Positions 30,885 to 33,362 of a DNA stretch of 33,362 nt are shown here, one piece after another. Origin of the DNA: Octopus bimaculoides (taxonomy: Eukaryota); assembly GCF_001194135.2 (NCBI RefSeq), contig NC_069009.1, positions 1,298,965 through 1,332,326 on the forward strand. The letters are read 5' to 3'. Under the pieces are notes generated by a model that was not told the origin of the DNA, did no database searches, and worked only from the letters and a program-made list of their open reading frames with translations. The number at the start of each line of letters is the position of its first letter. The stretch's first letter is position 1. The position numbers and the translations under genes were made by a program.

Positions 30885-31205
30885 TAAACTGTGAAACTTC
30901 AGTAGAGACTAAGCCTTTTAGCCATGAAACTTCAAAAGAGGCTAAACCTTTTAACCGTGAAACTTCAGTAGAAGCTAAGCCTTTAAACTGTGAAACTTCT
31001 GTTGAAGCCAAGGCTTTTAACTGTGAATCTTCGGTAGAGGCTGTCTAATATGTTCATAAACAATGACTTCCACTACAAAAGGAAGGGACCAACTGCATTC
31101 ACTCAATCTATAAGTAAATCATCATTATACATAAGTGAGTACTGAGATGAATTAAACTGAGTTAATTACTATTCTATGATATATTTTATTGACACAAAAC
31201 AGCAC
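30885..31205 (+). repeat. 321-bp direct copy of 30554-30874 across a 10-N gap; probable assembly or haplotype duplication
   Basis: Identical by eye except for two G/A differences, and abutting the gap. Confidence 0.85.
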
Positions 31206-31589
31206 ATGTTGGAAAATTTGTAGATATTTGTTAATTCTACCTGTGTAGTGTAATTAAAAATTTTATAGTTTAAATACAATAGAGCATCACAGTTCAGAAT
31301 TTTGGCAAACATTTGGGGAATCCAGCATAGTTCCTATGTGGTCCCTTTCATTTTATAAAGGAGATTGTTCATGTGCCTATTCGACATCTTTAGCAATTTT
31401 TCTCATGTATTTAAAATTGAGTTCACCATGCATACACTGTAGAACATACGTCATGATGAATTATACTGAAAAAAAACCCATTGTCTTTGAATTCTTGTAG
31501 TCTACAAATGTAGTCTCATTTGGGAGAAACACTTTCATTAAAGATTTGGGAAATCCTTATTTGTGAATTATGAATTATTATTGTTTTAA

Positions 31590-31670
31590 TGTTCAGTTTT
31601 CCATGTTGGCATGGATCAAATGTAATTTGTAGAGACAGGTTTTCTTTGGTTGGATGCCCTCCCATCACAC
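31590..31670 (-). mobile_element. SINE family D fragment, diverged
   Basis: ttttccatgttggcatgga..ggttggatgccctccc. Confidence 0.55.
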
Positions 31671-31821
31671 ATTTTACATGCAAAGTAATATTTCTTCATG
31701 GTTGGTCACATTTCCATTGGAAATTGAAAACAAGCAACACCACATGTAGAAAGATGACACCTGTCTGCATCAAACATGTGTCAAGATGTGGAGATGCACA
31801 CATACACACTCTCTTCCACAC

Positions 31822-32510
31822 ACTAAATCCACTCACAAGGTTTTGGCTGACCCAAGGCTATAACCCAAAGTGCCATACCCTAGGATTGAACCTAAAACCA
31901 CATAGTTGGGTAGCAAACTACTTAACCACGAAACTATACCTACATTTATGCTGTTACACACGCACATGTGGTGGGCTTCCTTTCAGTTTCTGAGTTCAAA
32001 TTCTGCCTCCAACCAAATTTCAGCCCTTGTGTCTGTAATAGGTTTATTATACTCCCTACCCAATCCACTCAGAAGGCTTGGGTTGGCCTGGCTTTACAGC
32101 CAAAGATATTCAATGTGCCATTCAGTAGGACTGAACCCAAAATCACAGGGTAACTGAGCAAACTTCTTAACCACACAACCTTGCCTATCTTAAATATAAG
32201 CAAGTACTGTATATACAGGAGGGGAAGTAGCAACATGGTTTCTTGAAAACATTGCAACCAGAAATAAAAAGAAAGATGGGTCTTAATGAATCAATACAAG
32301 GAAACTGACAGCTGTATGGTTAACAAGCTTGCTTCCCAACCATCAGGTATCAGGTTCAGTCGTACTGTGTGGCACCTTTGGCTAATCTTTTTTTACAATA
32401 ACCTTGGGCCTTGTGAGTGGACAGAATCTAAGTTACAGAGACATAAACACACCAGCATCGGTTGTCAAGCGATGTTGCGGGGACAAACATAGACACACAA
32501 ACACACATTT
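31822..32510. mobile_element. Cluster of SINE family C fragments (31822-31940 -, 32061-32187 -, 32310-32428 +, 32429-32510 -)
   Basis: Repeated aatccactca.aagg.tt.gg.tg.cc and acacaccagcatcggttgtcaagcgatg motifs. Confidence 0.75.
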
Positions 32511-32735
32511 ATATATATAACTCTAGGCCGAAACAACTGTACGTTTCTGTATATTCTCAAATTCCTAATGTACTTTATATTTGTAACCTTGATTGTTAAT
32601 ATAACATCGTATGTCATAAGCATTTGTATATTGTGGCTTTTGTTATTTTAATTACAAAATAAGTTAATTAACTCAATGGAATACACGGTCTGCAAGTTGA
32701 TGGGTACCACATATTCTCCATTTTCTAATTGCTAT

Positions 32736-32912
32736 ATATATATATATATATATATATATGTGCATATATACGACGGGTTTCTTTCAGTTTCCATCTACCA
32801 AATCCACTCACAAGGCTTTGGTTGGCCTGAGGCTATAGTAGAAGACACTTGCCCAAGGTGCCACGCAGTGGGAATGAACCCGGCAAGCTACTTACCACAC
32901 AGCCACTCTTGC
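32736..32912 (-). mobile_element. SINE family C 5' half with (TA)n
   Basis: tacgacgggtttctttcagtttccatctaccaaatccactcacaaggctttgg..cttgcccaaggtgccacgcagtggg. Confidence 0.88.
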
Positions 32913-33169
32913 GCCTTACCAACTGCACATCTATTCTAATCAGAGCGTAAATCATTTCAACAAATAAAGTTATTCATTGTAATATTTTTCTGGCACACTT
33001 GTTTCTTATTCAATATCGTCTCCAGTCCCATTTTCATTAAATGTATACGTTGTGTAATTGCATTCATTTATTCAAGTGTGAAATTCGATTCCAATTTATT
33101 GCCAGAAAGTCCAATTCAATTCAGTGACCATGAGTAAGCAAATCATATAAGCTTGAAAAACTACCATGT

Positions 33170-33294
33170 GCACACACACACACACACACACATAGCTTTA
33201 CACACACATATATACACATATATATACACACACATATATGCACACACACATATATGCACACACACATATATATGCACACACAAATACATACACA

Positions 33295-33362
<68 letters not shown>
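33170..33362. repeat. Compound (CA)n/(TA)n microsatellite
   Basis: Directly visible. Confidence 0.97.

Overview
AT-rich animal genomic scaffold with N gaps. It is most likely an octopus (coleoid cephalopod), inferred from the SINE repertoire and the clustered C2H2 genes. The window is part of a tandem C2H2 zinc-finger gene cluster. It holds five ORF-bearing genes whose CDS lies in one exon (9074-10354 -, 15337-16713 -, 21696-22967 +, 25659-27008 -, 29584-30717 +) and two decayed paralogs (about 3032-3455 + and 4700-4861 -). These are interleaved with many tRNA-derived SINEs, mariner remnants, piggyBac-like MITEs and microsatellites. The most striking non-genic feature is a young 922-bp nested foldback element (18486-19407). 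It has GG termini, a perfect 8-bp target-site duplication and an internal hairpin of telomere-type CCCTAA/TTAGGG repeats. Four ZNFs plus one pseudogene share an indel-free 33-residue N-terminal leader with invariant K9 and D20. The arrays show block duplication, substitutions concentrated in recognition helices, and fingers lost into 3' UTRs. SINE family labels A-E and MITE labels F-G are my working names, not database assignments. All alignments were done by eye, and repeat boundaries are approximate unless TIRs or TSDs are quoted.
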